Assembly: GCF_006345805.1 (NCBI RefSeq)
Contig: NW_021831731.1
Location: forward strand, 1 to 64,000
DNA length: 64,000 nt
Direction: 5' to 3'
Origin: Octopus sinensis
Lineage: Eukaryota
Under the pieces are notes generated by a model. It saw only the letters and a program-made list of their open reading frames with translations. It was not told the origin of the DNA and searched no databases. The translations under genes and the position numbers were made by a program. Position 1 is the first letter of the stretch. Each line of letters begins with the position of its first letter. This document shows, piece after piece, positions 29,581 to 42,232 of this stretch.

Positions 29581-30251
29581 ATATGGAGTATCTATACTTA
29601 GACAAGTAAGCATATATTAAAATACAAAGATGCAAGTATTTGCTAATTTTCCGTGACACTGTAACTGATTAGTATAAAAGCATTCTTCACCGCATAAAAA
29701 TAATGATAAAAACAAAACAAATGATAGGAAAACGGCACCTATGAATAGCATCCTGTGTGGTCTCGTCGAACACACTAATTTGAGAAAGACCGCAAAAAAA
29801 AAAAAGAAAGAAAAAAAGGAGTCAAAGAATGTGACATGCGAATCTCCAGAGAAGACTTTCTTGCTTATATAATCTTTACAGGAAAATAAGGATCAAAATT
29901 TATAGAATATACGATTAGATATAAGGGCTACTCAGTATTAAGACATTCAGGAATTAAACATTTTATATCATTTTGGTATTCAGAAACACACTGAATAAGA
30001 ATAAGGCACATTCAAGTATTGTGTATTAGCATGAATGTGAATTCTGAATATTTATGGTTCTCTTTTTAATTATTTAAATTCTTCCTTTGAGGAAGATACA
30101 AAGTTGCATCGTTGGAATATAGTAAACGAAATGAATGTTACATTTTAAATATGAGAAAAGTCTTGTATATTTTAACTATTCCACTTTCTGATGGTATTTG
30201 TAATGTGCGAGTTATGTATGTATGTATGTATGTATGTAGTATGTATGTATG

Positions 30252-30285
<34 letters not shown>

Positions 30286-30450
30286 TGTATGTATGTATGT
30301 ATGTATGTATGCATGCATGCATGCATGCATGTATGTATGTATGTATGTAAGTATGTATGTATGTATGTATGTATGTATGTATGCATGAATGCATGCATGT
30401 ATGTATGTATGTATGTATGTATGTATGTATGTATGTATGTATGTATCGAC

Positions 30451-30520
30451 AGCTAGCAAACCATTTTACTCCAGACTGATGATGAGCAATGACTCTGAAA
30501 CAAGTCTCTGGTTGCTGGCT
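30451..30520 (+). ncRNA. Type-I hammerhead ribozyme, intact core, extended bulged stem I
   Basis: agcuagcaa-[accauuuuacu]-ccaga-CUGAUGA-u-gag-caauga-cuc-u-GAAA-caa-GUC-ucugg-uugcuggcu. Confidence 0.85.
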
Positions 30521-30743
30521 TTGCTGGGCGGAGGCGCTTATCTCCCCTTTGAAAACATTAGAACACAGAAAATGTGTCATGGCCAACTGGGAACGGTGTT
30601 TCCTAGGGCTAAATAGCAGAATAGCAGTAGCATTCTTCCCTTTCATGGGACTGCTACATTAAGCTGGCAACATACCATCACTTCATCGTGTTGCTACTGT
30701 ATAAATCTCTCTGAGAGCTTTAGAAATGTAATATATATAAATA

Positions 30744-31621
30744 CTAGCAGTATCGCCCGGCGTTGCTCGGGTTTGTTTCGACCCGCTGGAATTGTAATTT
30801 TGAAAGGTAAAAATTTTGTGAACATTTTTTTGGTCGAAATACACCGAAAAGTGGCGACACAGCAGTGAAAAAATCGTAAAAAATAGGGATTTTCATAGAA
30901 AAAAGCATCTTTTTGATGTAAATAATTTTTGGTGTTAACATGGTCCGATTTGAATTTTATGTTCTACGGAAGGAAGAGCAACCCTTCTTCTACCATACTC
31001 TCAATTTTGGTCAACTTGCGCCGCAGGGTCTCGGAGGAGATAGTGTTAGTTGAAGGTTACCATTCTAGGTGCCTGAGTAACAACCTCGCGGATTTACAGA
31101 TAAATGAATTAATTACTATTTTACAGAATAAAATTAAATAATTCTTGAAAATGAATTAATATTAATATTTTTTGAACAAAGTAAATAATTTTTAAAACTT
31201 AAATAATAATTTTTTTTACACAAACGCGAACGGGGAAAAGGGGGTGGCGAATTCGATTTACATACCTAATTTTTTTCTTTTTCATGACATTGTAGCAAAA
31301 TAGTAGTGAATTATATAAATACCAGCAGTACATTTTTTTTTCTGGGGTATTTTTTTTCAACCTCGTCACATATTTGCCCCTTTCAATTTAAACAAAGTCT
31401 TAATTAAGCAATTACGGCAGCTTAGCAATGGTTTCAATACAGGCGTGACATCTGTATCTCAATTGTTCAAAACCCTTCGAATTTTTTCGCACGTGATGAT
31501 ATCATAGTGAAAACTTTCAATTACGCGCGCTTATTTCTGTCTTTCACTCTGTCTGTCTCTTTACACACACTAACAAAAGCACTTCACTTACACACCACAC
31601 TTTCTGTGTCGCACAACCCAT

Positions 31622-31680
<59 letters not shown>

Positions 31681-32169
31681 GCACGCACACATGTACATCA
31701 ATGCTTTCGGAGTGAAATGTTAAAATATTGAGTTTTCTCGAATTTTGTCTTAATTGGTGGTAAAATTGAAAGAAATTTTTTATGGCATCACCCACTGAAG
31801 TACTCTGAAAAATCATGGGTACACTCTAATTGAAGAAATTTTTTGAGTAGTGGTTTAAATACTTTCAGTTTAGTCTTCCTCAAATCACTCTGTCGCTATT
31901 TACTTTCATTTTATTCGTTGCACACTGTGTGTGTGCGTGTGCGTGTGGTGTAAACCACATTAAGAAAAGCATTTGACACACACACCAGAATGTGAGTTTT
32001 CTGTAAATTTTGCTTAATTGGAGTTTAAATTTTAAAAACTGGACCTGGCATGACCCGATGCATTCTACTCTTAAAAATGCTAGGTAAATTGTAATTGAAG
32101 AAATCCTATATTGTAGATTTCTATAACTTACAAAGGGAGGCAGATAAAATCTGCTTTTATAATAAGAGA
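30744..32169 (-). mobile_element. Non-autonomous Helitron, ~1.43 kb
   Basis: Minus strand 5' TCTCTTATTATAAAAGCAG; 3' GC-rich hairpin ccgagcaacgccggg then CTAG; inserted between A and T with no TSD. Confidence 0.8.
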
Positions 32170-32357
32170 TAAATCAGAAATGGAAAAACAAAACAATAAA
32201 TTGAAGAATTATAAATTCAATTCAGTTTATATATACATGCACAGACACATATACACAGGCATGACAGAAGTGAATAAACACCCATATAATCATTAAAACT
32301 TATTTAAATCTGAAATTATGCATTCAAATTATTAATTAATTGTTATAATGTGAATAT

Positions 32358-33350
32358 TTAATATTTAGTAGACATACCCTTTGCATTTTTCAATGCAAGG
32401 ACCATATTAGGCAGGTTACTGATCAGATGACGAATATTCTCTTGCGGAATTTCTTGCCAAGTATCATACAGTAATCTCAAAAGATCTGGCTTTGAAGATA
32501 ATTTCTTGTTTCTTTTATGAAGTGTCCTATCCATTATGTCCCACTGGTGTTTAATAGGGTTCATATCTGGTGACTGGCTTGGTCATAAAAGCTTTTTAAT
32601 GTCATTCTCATCCAACAAATCTTGGGTCATTTTGGCCATGTGACAAGGAGCCCCAATAAATAAAGTCTTCTTTAATCATTTGACCAATGGAAAAGATTGA
32701 AAGGAATCTTTTATGTAATATGGAAACATGTTTATCTGATTTTATGTTTCCCTCACTCTCCACCAGCTCTGATTGACCATTACTTCAAATTGTTCTCCAG
32801 ACCACCACAGAATAGTTGTCGGGTTTCATTGTTGGCTACAATATTTTCTCATCAAATTCTTGATCACAGAGTCTCCAGACCTACACTCGACCACTGCCAG
32901 GAAATAGAGCATATCTGGACTCATCATTGTCCCCAAATGCTAATAGCCTCTCCACCATCTCACTGGCCCAATCTTTTCTCCGCTTGATGTTGGCTGGTCG
33001 AAGAAGTGGCTTCCTTGTTGTTGCTCTACCATAGTAACGAAGTTTGTGGAGAGACCTGACAGCTGTTATGGGAGTGACATCAACTTGTTCTGCTATATCA
33101 GAGGCCTTGCAACGAGGATTATCCTTAACACTTCTCTTAGCAAAGAGAATGGTCCTGTCAGAGGGCCCTGGTTGATCTGGGCGAGGTTATATGGACTCCT
33201 TCTCTTCTTTGGTGCATTGTACAGTCACTCTATAAACTGTAGAAATCGGGATACCAAGGTTTTCTGAGATTTTATGTCCACCTTCAGAACGACCGCAATA
33301 CGACCTCTCTGAAATTCAAACAGTTCCAAGGCTTCTTTTGTGCGTGGCAT
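32358..33350 (-). pseudogene. Decayed Tc1-family transposase
   Basis: N-terminal [19 protein letters not shown]; C-terminal SPDMNPIKHQWD...WQEIPQENIRHLISNLP...GMSTKY. Multiple frameshifts. Element spans about 32254-33475. Confidence 0.85.
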
Positions 33351-34411
33351 GATTAAACAGTCACTTATAGAACCGGAAACAAAAATGTCAATTAATAAAA
33401 AATATAAACCATTACGAGTTAGAATAAGCATAAAACGATGTTTTATGGGGTTATGTCTGTGTTTATACATGTGTATCTATGTGTGTGTGATGTCTTTATA
33501 CTTGAATCCTGAGTAACTACCATACACACACACACACGCGCGTAAAAAATGCGTGGCTTTGTGGTTAGAGTGTTGCACGGTGCATTTTCACACTCCTCTA
33601 TATAGGGCATGTCTAAGACATTACAATGATACATCAGAACAGTTACCACGGCATTGTAAGATATAACTCACGTATGCAGAAACATGCAAGCAGTTTCATA
33701 TACACTCAAGGATATAATAAACGAAGCCAATCAAAATGATGTTTCCTGCTTTTTTTTCTCAATTGGAAAAAATTTCAAGTTACAAAAAGTTGACGTCTTT
33801 CAATATCCAGAATTGTGTAGGAAAAAAATTAGAATTGATAAGAAAAGAAATAAATATATTTTTTGAAATAAAGAAAACAACTTGAATTGAAATTTCATAG
33901 TATTGAAACATGAAGCATAATTAAATACACATATACACTCACACACCTTGCACCCTCTCTTTCTCACACACACATAAAATCTCCCGAATACGCAAACATA
34001 TCTATACTGAAATATAAGCTGAAATTGCTATTTTCTCATGTTAGAAGCTGAAAAGAAATGTATGTATATATGTATGTATGTATGCAGACAGGCATGCGTA
34101 CATGTATATATGCATTCATGCATGCATACATGTATATATGCAATCATGTATGCATACACGTGCATGTTCTGTTTCATTTTTAATTGCTTTCTGGTTGAAA
34201 TCTCTTTCTCCTTTCTAGAGCTTAGACAAGAATGAGTCAAGATCTTTTCAGAAGGGGGTTTCTTAACGGTAATGTTTTCCTTCCTCATCTCCCAGTATGG
34301 TGCCTGTGGCCCGGAAGCAATTTTTGTGATTTATATAGGCTCACTCGATAATTTTTCTACGATAACGAACTTTTTCGCTTAGCTTCTTAACGTCATGCGG
34401 TAGAGTAATTA

Positions 34412-34571
34412 CAGTTCTATATTTAAGAGATGAGGAATTATGTACATTATTTACATTTGACAGATGTTTGTCCTCATCTTGTTTGTTGTTAACACAATGT
34501 TTCGGCTGATATACTCAGGTGTCTTGGGGGAAATTTCGAACCTTGGTTCTCATTCCTAAGGTATTTTTCGA

Positions 34572-34650
<79 letters not shown>

Positions 34651-34714
34651 ATCACTGCCTGGAATCGAACTCGGTATATTCGGGTTAGTCGCCCGCGCTC
34701 TTAATCACTACGCC

Positions 34715-34715
<1 letters not shown>
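34412..34715 (-). mobile_element. tRNA-headed SINE with (AAT)n spacer and HHR-bearing tail (family E)
   Basis: Head 34715-34648 TGGCGTAGTGATTAAG...GAGTTCGATTCC (A and B boxes), then (AAT)n, then a body shared with 35378-35516 and 46727-46879. HHR at 34491-34523 has an internal deletion. Confidence 0.75.
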
Positions 34716-34766
<51 letters not shown>

Positions 34767-34781
34767 TAATAATAATAATAA

Positions 34782-35291
34782 TAACTGATTGGAAGTGTTA
34801 TCATATACATTGTTTTGTCTTGGTATAAAAGATGGGCTACAGCAAATATTCTGCTCAATACCACAGATTTGCTTGTCAGATGTTTGACCGTAACCAGTTG
34901 AGCATGTCCCTTAGTGGCTGACGATATGTGCATCTCTGATCACGAGCAGAAGTAGTGGGGGAGCATCATAGCCATGTGTTGAGAGGGATTCTTTGGGGTT
35001 TGAATAATTCACCTCTGGAAACATGGGTGGTTCTTTCAACATCCTTAAACAACCCTTATTCAGGGACCGTTTGAGCGGGATGGGCTACTCAACCTGAAGA
35101 AAATTCTAACTGGGCCCCACCTGCAAGGTCATGTGCTGTTTATCTTGATATGAGATCACCATGTCGCGCACATATGGTTGTGATGCATGTGCCTGGTGTA
35201 CCTTTATCAGACGGGTAGTCATGATGGGTATATTGGGCTTCGTATATTTTACCCCAGTGTCACTTTGATGGCATGCACTGCTCTCTCACTC
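34782..35291 (+). mobile_element. Family C element, 5'-truncated, in (TAA)n
   Basis: Identity to other family C copies. Confidence 0.85.
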
Positions 35292-35352
<61 letters not shown>

Positions 35353-35423
35353 ATAATAATAACAACAACAACAACAGCGAAAAATACTTTAGGAACGGGA
35401 ACCCAGGTTCGAAATTTCCCCAA

Positions 35424-35469
35424 GACACCTGATGAAAGCTGGAGAGTATATCAGTCGAAACATTGTGTT
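35424..35469 (+). ncRNA. Minimal type-I hammerhead motif of family E
   Basis: gacac-CUGAUGA-aagcug-gagaguauau-caguc-GAAA-cauu-guguu, inside the inverted partial copy 35378-35516. Confidence 0.7.
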
Positions 35470-36609
35470 AACAACAGACAAGATGAGGACAAATATCCGT
35501 CAAATGTAAATAATGTTTAAAGTAATTACTTTCCTCTCAAGAATTTGACTTGAAAATTTGCTGTAAATTCTTGTTACTTTTTTCAGTATGTAATTGGTGA
35601 GGTGTGAACATAGTCCTCTTACATATTGTGGATAACCATGCAATATGGCGACGCAAATTGTTGATGTTTCGTTCAAGTCTTATTGTTTTCCAACTGGGTT
35701 GCTTCCGTTTAATAATTTTATTAGCAAGGCAGGTTTCTTCTTGTTCTTCAAGACTAATAGCAGCTCTGTATAGAAAAGTATTAATTGTCCAGTAGTTTAC
35801 ATCAAATGATTACATGTATTCTTCAGGAGCAGCATCAATATCTTTCAACATGAGAACAGTTTAGAAGAATTGAAAAACTTTTCTACAAACTGCGATTTTA
35901 AAATGTTCTTAAATTGAATACATTTCACTGTCATCTCTATCGAATTGGTTGCATGTGGATTTATATGAGAGTTTTGTGTTAGTGGCAGCGGTTTGTTTAC
36001 ATTATTTCTTTTCTCACTTATGACAGATTTGGCAAGTTCTTAGTGTTTTGAAAAGATCGATTAGCATCACGTGAGTTGGAATAGCAGCTGCTATCTGTGG
36101 TAGCCATTAATCGTTAAAAAAAACAAAAAAAAACAAAACAAAACAAAACAAAAAAGCAAAAAAGAAAAAAGAACGGAAAAGAAGATGCTTGTTACCGAAG
36201 CTGCTTTGACGTAAAATATTTTAAAGTTTGGGTGAGCTTCGTCTCAGTACTTCTTTTAACCGTTTCATATTACCGATAGAAGGGTCATCTCGGGTTTTTT
36301 CATAATACTGAAATAAATTTTGAGTTAAACGTAGACAGGCTTGCGTTGACATTGGTGTTGGTTTGGTCTTTATCAATACTTACCATGTTCGTAAAAATAA
36401 AATCCCACGTGGTATGTGATATATTTTATAATTCATTCTGAATAAAAATGAATTGGTAAGTAAAAGGTGTTTCTCTTACAAATAGTTGTAGAAATAGACT
36501 AGTTACTGATTTAGGTTGGAGATGTAAGCATAATTGTAGAAAAAAACGCCAAAGAAAATATTTTAAAACAGTTCTGTATTCTTTCACATCTGATGTATGT
36601 GAGCTTACA

Positions 36610-37001
36610 TCTCTCTCTATATAAAGCTGAAGTTGTCTGTGTATGGCAGGTTTGGTAGCCTTCAACTAACACTATCTCCTCCAAGACCCTGCGGCGCAAG
36701 TTGACCAAAATTGAGAGTATGATAGAAGGAGGCTTGCTCTTTATTCCGTAGTAGATAAAATTCAAATTGGACCATGTTAAGACCAACAATTATTTACATC
36801 AAAAATGTGCTTTTTTGCTATGAAAATCCCTATTTTTTACAATTTTTTGACTGCTGTGTCGCCATTTTTCGGTGTATTTCAACCAGAAAAATGTTCACTT
36901 AAAGGAAATAACAAGCTACATAATGCGAACGTTTTACTTTTTAAAACTTCCAATTCTAAAAGGTCGAAAAAAACCGGAGCAACGCCGGGCGATACTGCTA
37001 G
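36610..37001 (+). mobile_element. Non-autonomous Helitron, ~390 bp
   Basis: 5' TCTCTCTCTATATAAAGC after an A; 3' ccggagcaacgccgggcgatactgCTAG; shares ~300 bp with 30744-31060. Confidence 0.8.
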
Positions 37002-37039
37002 CACACACTAAGTTTTGTTTCTGAGAATTTGGCTAAAAA

Positions 37040-38640
37040 TGCAATCGGGATTTCCGGAGACCGTATTCTATTTTCCATAAATACCCGCCCGTATTATATA
37101 AACGCTAATTCTAAATTGCAAGACCATCTTAAAATGCTTGGGCAGTTCAGCAAGTTGTCTTTTACATCATTTAAAGATAGTTCAGATTGACACTTTTGCA
37201 GAAACTAGAATTATTGAAGTAGATGTATCTCTTTTCGAAAAGACTCGACCAATAGAGAAATAATCTATGTTTATAAAAAACAAACAGAAACTATAGAAGT
37301 CGTAGTAGCCAAATTAGCTGCTATTGAAGGATTTTACATGAATGAAATTGTGAAAAAGGCTTTTATTATGAAAGCTTTTAGAGATGGTTTGGGTTGAGCA
37401 AAAATGATTTGAGCAATATGATTTGAAGAAAAATGTGATCAGGGAAATATCTAATACAAAGAGGAACTCTGAAAAAGTCAGTATTTCTATAAAGGAATAT
37501 ACATCTTTGTGTAGTTGCAGATATATGAATACAAATGTACACTCATCTAGTAATTTTTTTGTTTTTTTAACAATTATCAGAATATATAGCAGTTCACCTG
37601 AAGGAAAAAATATCGAACACTTTTTCAGAAACAAAACTTTGAAAAAAATATTGTTGCAGTTGTAACTAATCCAACCATTCCCATGGTTGAATTTGGTAAG
37701 GCTATTAAATGTGAGCATCGATTGAGTTACTCACATGAGTTTGACTTTGCTGTTTTTAAAGTTTTCTTTTAGAAGAAAACTGAATAAAATTGTAATGAAG
37801 CTAATTCAAATAGTGACCATTGAATCGGCGACAATGAATATAAAGGTAGATTTAAGGATGATGATGTAAATGTAGATTCTGCATTTACGAATGTGGTTAA
37901 CAACTCTGTCGATTAGCAGCAAACTGTGAAATAGCTTCTATTGCAGAAGATCTTTCCGCTGAAGTAAATTTCAGCATTGGCAATGTCATTGAAAAAGTGA
38001 GAACCATTATCAGTTCTGCTCATGGGTCTCTAACAAAAAGAAGAAAAATTTCAAGAATATGTTAAAAGGAGCATGGTCATGAATTACAATTAATCAATGA
38101 TACCAAGACAAAATAGGACAGTTTATTTGAAATGGTAGAACGATTCTTGTAGCTTGAAAGGTATATGATCAATATGGAAAAAATCTTCCAACTTTTTGAC
38201 AATGAATTAAATACTATTCATGCTGCTGTATTAGCTTTGGAACTAATTAAAACTGGGGTTGAAAAACCAGTAGGTTAATGAGGTGCAACCTTGACTTTTG
38301 CAGAAGGCATGTTTGTTTCTATTCTAGAATAACTGAATCGACAAAATATTCTAACGACCCCTTTGAAAAAAGGGGGAAAGTGCTAAGAATAAGATCCAAC
38401 AGTAAAGGAGTAAAAATCTGATTAGATTGATGAAATATTTAAATAATCTTTTAAAATTTTGAGTGCACTTGACTCCTTTCTAATATTGCCTTCAGAATCT
38501 CCAGTGTAAACTATTTCAAAGAAACAGTATGAAAGAATGCTCGTCATTTTGGCAAAAGAATTGCCTATTTCCCTTTCGAATATGAACCTACGATAATTGA
38601 ATCATCCACTTCATCAAAGAAATGTTTCTACCACGCAGAT
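37040..38640 (+). pseudogene. Heavily decayed hAT transposase
   Basis: Fragments EVVVAKLAAIEGF (~37297), NVIEKVRTII (~37982) and GHELQLINDTKTK*DSLFEMVERFL (~38075, the hAT DxxTRWNS motif); many stops. Confidence 0.65.
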
Positions 38641-38855
38641 AAAAAGTTGCCATTAACAAAACTCGATTGACCAAAATCAAATTGAGAGAGCATTTAACCA
38701 TCATATGGTTCCTCCACAAAGAACTAAACAAAAACAAACAAACAAACAAACAAACAAAGAACACTGTTGAATGTTAAAGAAATGAAAACGGTTGAAATTA
38801 CAGTCCCCTGCCCTCAGTACCATTCCTCTAATTTCTATCGGAGTAGAAAGAGCCT

Positions 38856-39875
38856 TTACCGTGGTAGGGATCTCGGTCATGCGGTGTCGCGGTCTGATGT
38901 TGGTATTTGGGTAACAGTTAGTTGGAAAAAACTGCATGGCGAAGAGGAAATTGACCACGTGGAGGACAGTAAATAGACTAGAAGTCGGTCAGGTTGGGTG
39001 TGTGTGTGTGGGGTGGGGGAGTAGGAAGGGGCGGCATATGCAAATATATAGTTCTATATGTGGATGCGTAGATGCGCTCATATAGATTTGGGATAGAGAG
39101 AACTCTACTACCCTGTCTTGTTTTCTCTGGAGACTCCGTGATCTCCGAGATGAAATACCCTGCATCAAGTGGACTACTGTCGATAGAGCGCCACCTTATT
39201 CAGCTGGCACCTCCAACAGCCAGCTCTGCCTCCGCGAAAAACTGCATATCCTCCAAGCAAACCGCAGTATCCATCACGCAACACTTACCAATTCCCAACG
39301 CTTACCAATCATCAACACTTGTTTTGCGCGTGTATACTTGTGCACGCACGCGTGCGAGTGCAATGTGCACACGCATGCATGTGTGCGTGCATACTGGTAT
39401 GCATGCGTACATGCATGCGATTTGACATATGTACTTAAGAATGAATACGCAAGTGTGTGTGTATGCGTGTATGTGTGTGCGTAAGCGCGCGTGCGTATTC
39501 GTCCAAGTGTGTGTGTGTGTGTACATATGTGTATACCTATGCACACAAATCTATATGTGCGCATGTACGCACCCACATATAGAACTATATACTTGCACAT
39601 GCTACCCCTTCCTACTCCCCCCAAACCTGACCGACTATTAGTTTATTTCCTGTCCTCTGCGTGGTCAATTTTCTCTTTGCCATGCAGTATATTCCAACTA
39701 GCTGTTACCCATATACTAATATCAAACACGACACCGCGTGGCCTTCCTCGACCAATCGCGGCCCACCTTACGGTAATAACATTCTACTTCTGTCATTCAA
39801 ATTCACAATGGCTGACGACTAGCATCGCATCGCGCTTGAAACACAAGGATACCAACGGATTTGAACCAAGCTGCT
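38856..39875 (+). mobile_element. 5'-truncated Penelope-like retroelement with inverted 5' copy, GIY-YIG C-terminal remnant and 3' HHR
   Basis: 39098-39265 reads ENSTTLSCFLWRLRD..IKWTTVDRAPPYSAG..QLCLREKLHIL (the PLE W..Y..CxLCLxEK pattern). 38856-39090 is inverted to 39546-39776. Confidence 0.75.
39809..39854 (+). ncRNA. Type-I hammerhead motif at PLE 3' end
   Basis: ugg-CUGACGA-cu-agc-aucgcaucgc-gcu-u-GAAA-cacaagga-UA-cca; stem III is imperfect. Confidence 0.6.
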
Positions 39876-39882
39876 TTGATCC

Positions 39883-39917
<35 letters not shown>

Positions 39918-40093
39918 TGTATGATGTATGTATGTATGTTGTATGTATGTATGTATGTATGTATGTTGTATGTATGTATGTATGTATTATGTATGTATGT
40001 ATGCATGCATGTATATATATATATATATATTATATATATATATATATATAAAGTATCTTCCGGTAGCCATCCTGGACTTCCTCGATCTATGCG

Positions 40094-40180
40094 TTCATCT
40101 GACGAGAACGGTTTTTTTCAAATTGATGTAATGTTTTCATTAATCAATTGAATGGAGCTACTTGATACGGCCGTAATGAA
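40094..40180 (+). ncRNA. Type-I hammerhead motif with long stem II and one core substitution
   Basis: uucau-CUGACGA-[58 nt including uaaug-uuuu-cauua]-GAUA-cggcc-GUA-augaa; palindromic ACGGCCGU stem III. Confidence 0.7.
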
Positions 40181-40470
40181 TTGACACCTGTACATCTTTG
40201 ATACCCCCTCTCTCTCTGTATATATATATATCTTCTCTTTTTATATGCAATTATTCTATAAATTCATTTCACCCAAAATTTCCCTTGCCATGAATATCTC
40301 ATTTAAAATTAAACACACACACACACACAATCACCTCCACACACGTATATACACAGTGGATTAATGCGAACATGCAGATGTGTTTCACGAAGACACACCT
40401 TGGATTATAACTCCTTATATACATTATACACACACGCATATACATACATACATGCATATATATATATTTC

Positions 40471-40777
40471 CCTTCTTTCCTGAGCGTCCAATAATACTAT
40501 ATTTGTTCCACGTCCTCGTGTTGTTGTGTTTTCTTGTTTGGATTAACTATATATATATATATATAAAGTTAATCTAAACATGAAAACACAAAGAGAAAAC
40601 ACAACAACGCGAGGGCGTGGAACAAGTATAGTGCTATTGGACGCTCAGGAAAGAAGGTAAGAAGGAGGGTTTACGGTTCGAGCGGAGCTCTTCGTCAGAA
40701 ACATAGGAAAAGGTATGATCCAAAGAAGGGAAGACGGAGGAAAAGACAATCGCCAACGGTACTCACGCAGTCACATA
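40471..40777 (-). mobile_element. Short PLE-type element with (TA)n-centred inverted repeat and decayed HHR (40669-40702)
   Basis: 40471-40547 is inverted to 40568-40657. Minus strand reads guuu-CUGACGA-a-gagc-ucc-gcuc-GAAC-cgu-aaac. Confidence 0.7.
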
Positions 40778-40843
40778 TGTATATATAATATATGTGTATA
40801 TATATATATACATATATATATATATAATATATATATATATATA

Positions 40844-40896
<53 letters not shown>

Positions 40897-40899
<3 letters not shown>

Positions 40900-41344
40900 C
40901 AACAATTGAGGGCAAAATTAATTATTATTAATCAATTTCACCAAGTGTTCAGTATGCAAAGGGACCATTCAAGGCGAATTCAAATTAAGGGGAGAACAGA
41001 GATTCTTCGCTTGCTTATTTGAATTTGTTGGCACTGTTAGTTACGAGCAGATCTTCGAAAGGGTATGTTCTTATTTTCAGTGTTTCCAAATCCAAACCAA
41101 GGAATTTCTGAGCTGATGATAGAAGTGTTGTTTTGACTAATCTTGAAACGTACGTTCTCAAATAACCTTAGCATTTGATTTTTCGATGTCCTTAACCCCC
41201 AAACTTTTGTGAGTTGAATTAAGCAAACACTATATATGAGAGAGATTTTCTTTAAGTATTAGAAATAGCTTTAAAAAAGTTTTTTAGCTGCTATTTCTAA
41301 TGAGTTCAGTATGCGGCAAAGTAATTTATTTTACTAAGCCCTTT

Positions 41345-41352
<8 letters not shown>
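40897..41352 (+). mobile_element. Family F HHR element with inverted 3' end at its 5' side
   Basis: 40989-41352 matches 62071-62435; 40897-40988 is the reverse complement of 62441-62531; flanked by (TA)n. Confidence 0.8.
41109..41160 (+). ncRNA. Type-I hammerhead ribozyme, canonical core
   Basis: ugag-CUGAUGA-u-aga...ucu-u-GAAA-cguac-GUU-cuca; palindromic ACGUACGU stem III. Confidence 0.8.
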
Positions 41353-41414
<62 letters not shown>

Positions 41415-41475
41415 ATATATATAATATATATATATACCTATATATATATGTATATGTATATATATAATATATGTG

Positions 41476-41556
<81 letters not shown>

Positions 41557-41577
41557 TATATACATATATATATATAT

Positions 41578-41617
<40 letters not shown>

Positions 41618-42180
41618 TATAATATATATATATATATACACATATATATATACATATATGTGTGTGTGTGTATGAGGGAATTTGTGCATCTGTAGCAGTG
41701 TGCGCGTGTGCGCCTGTGTATGTGTATGCAGATAAAACATTCTAACAGACAAACATTCAGTCAAACTTATATTTGATGCTCGCTCAGAATTAAACACAAA
41801 CCGGGTTCTGAAAATGAGAGGCTAGTGTATTGGCTGTGGAGAATGAAGTGGACAGCGCTACTTTAAAGACCTACACTAAACAGAAAACTGAATCTGACAC
41901 ACAAATCTATAGATATCTGTTGACATATGCACAAATCTAACACGCACATACATGTAAAGAGTGAACCGAACACATACATAAAACTGTATACTGCAACTGA
42001 CAAATGTACAAAATCTAAAGACTGCATCGAACAACACATAGATAAATCTATAGTGTACACCTGACATATACAAAAATCTATATACTACATCTGAATTAAC
42101 CCATCTATGAAGATGTAAAGAGAGTTATTGATTTACAACTACTTAGAAACATTTTTCTAGAAAGAGTAAACAGACTCTGT

Positions 42181-42232
<52 letters not shown>

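Noticed and set aside
34648-34715. Functional tRNA gene
   Set aside because: No complete acceptor stem; it is a SINE head.
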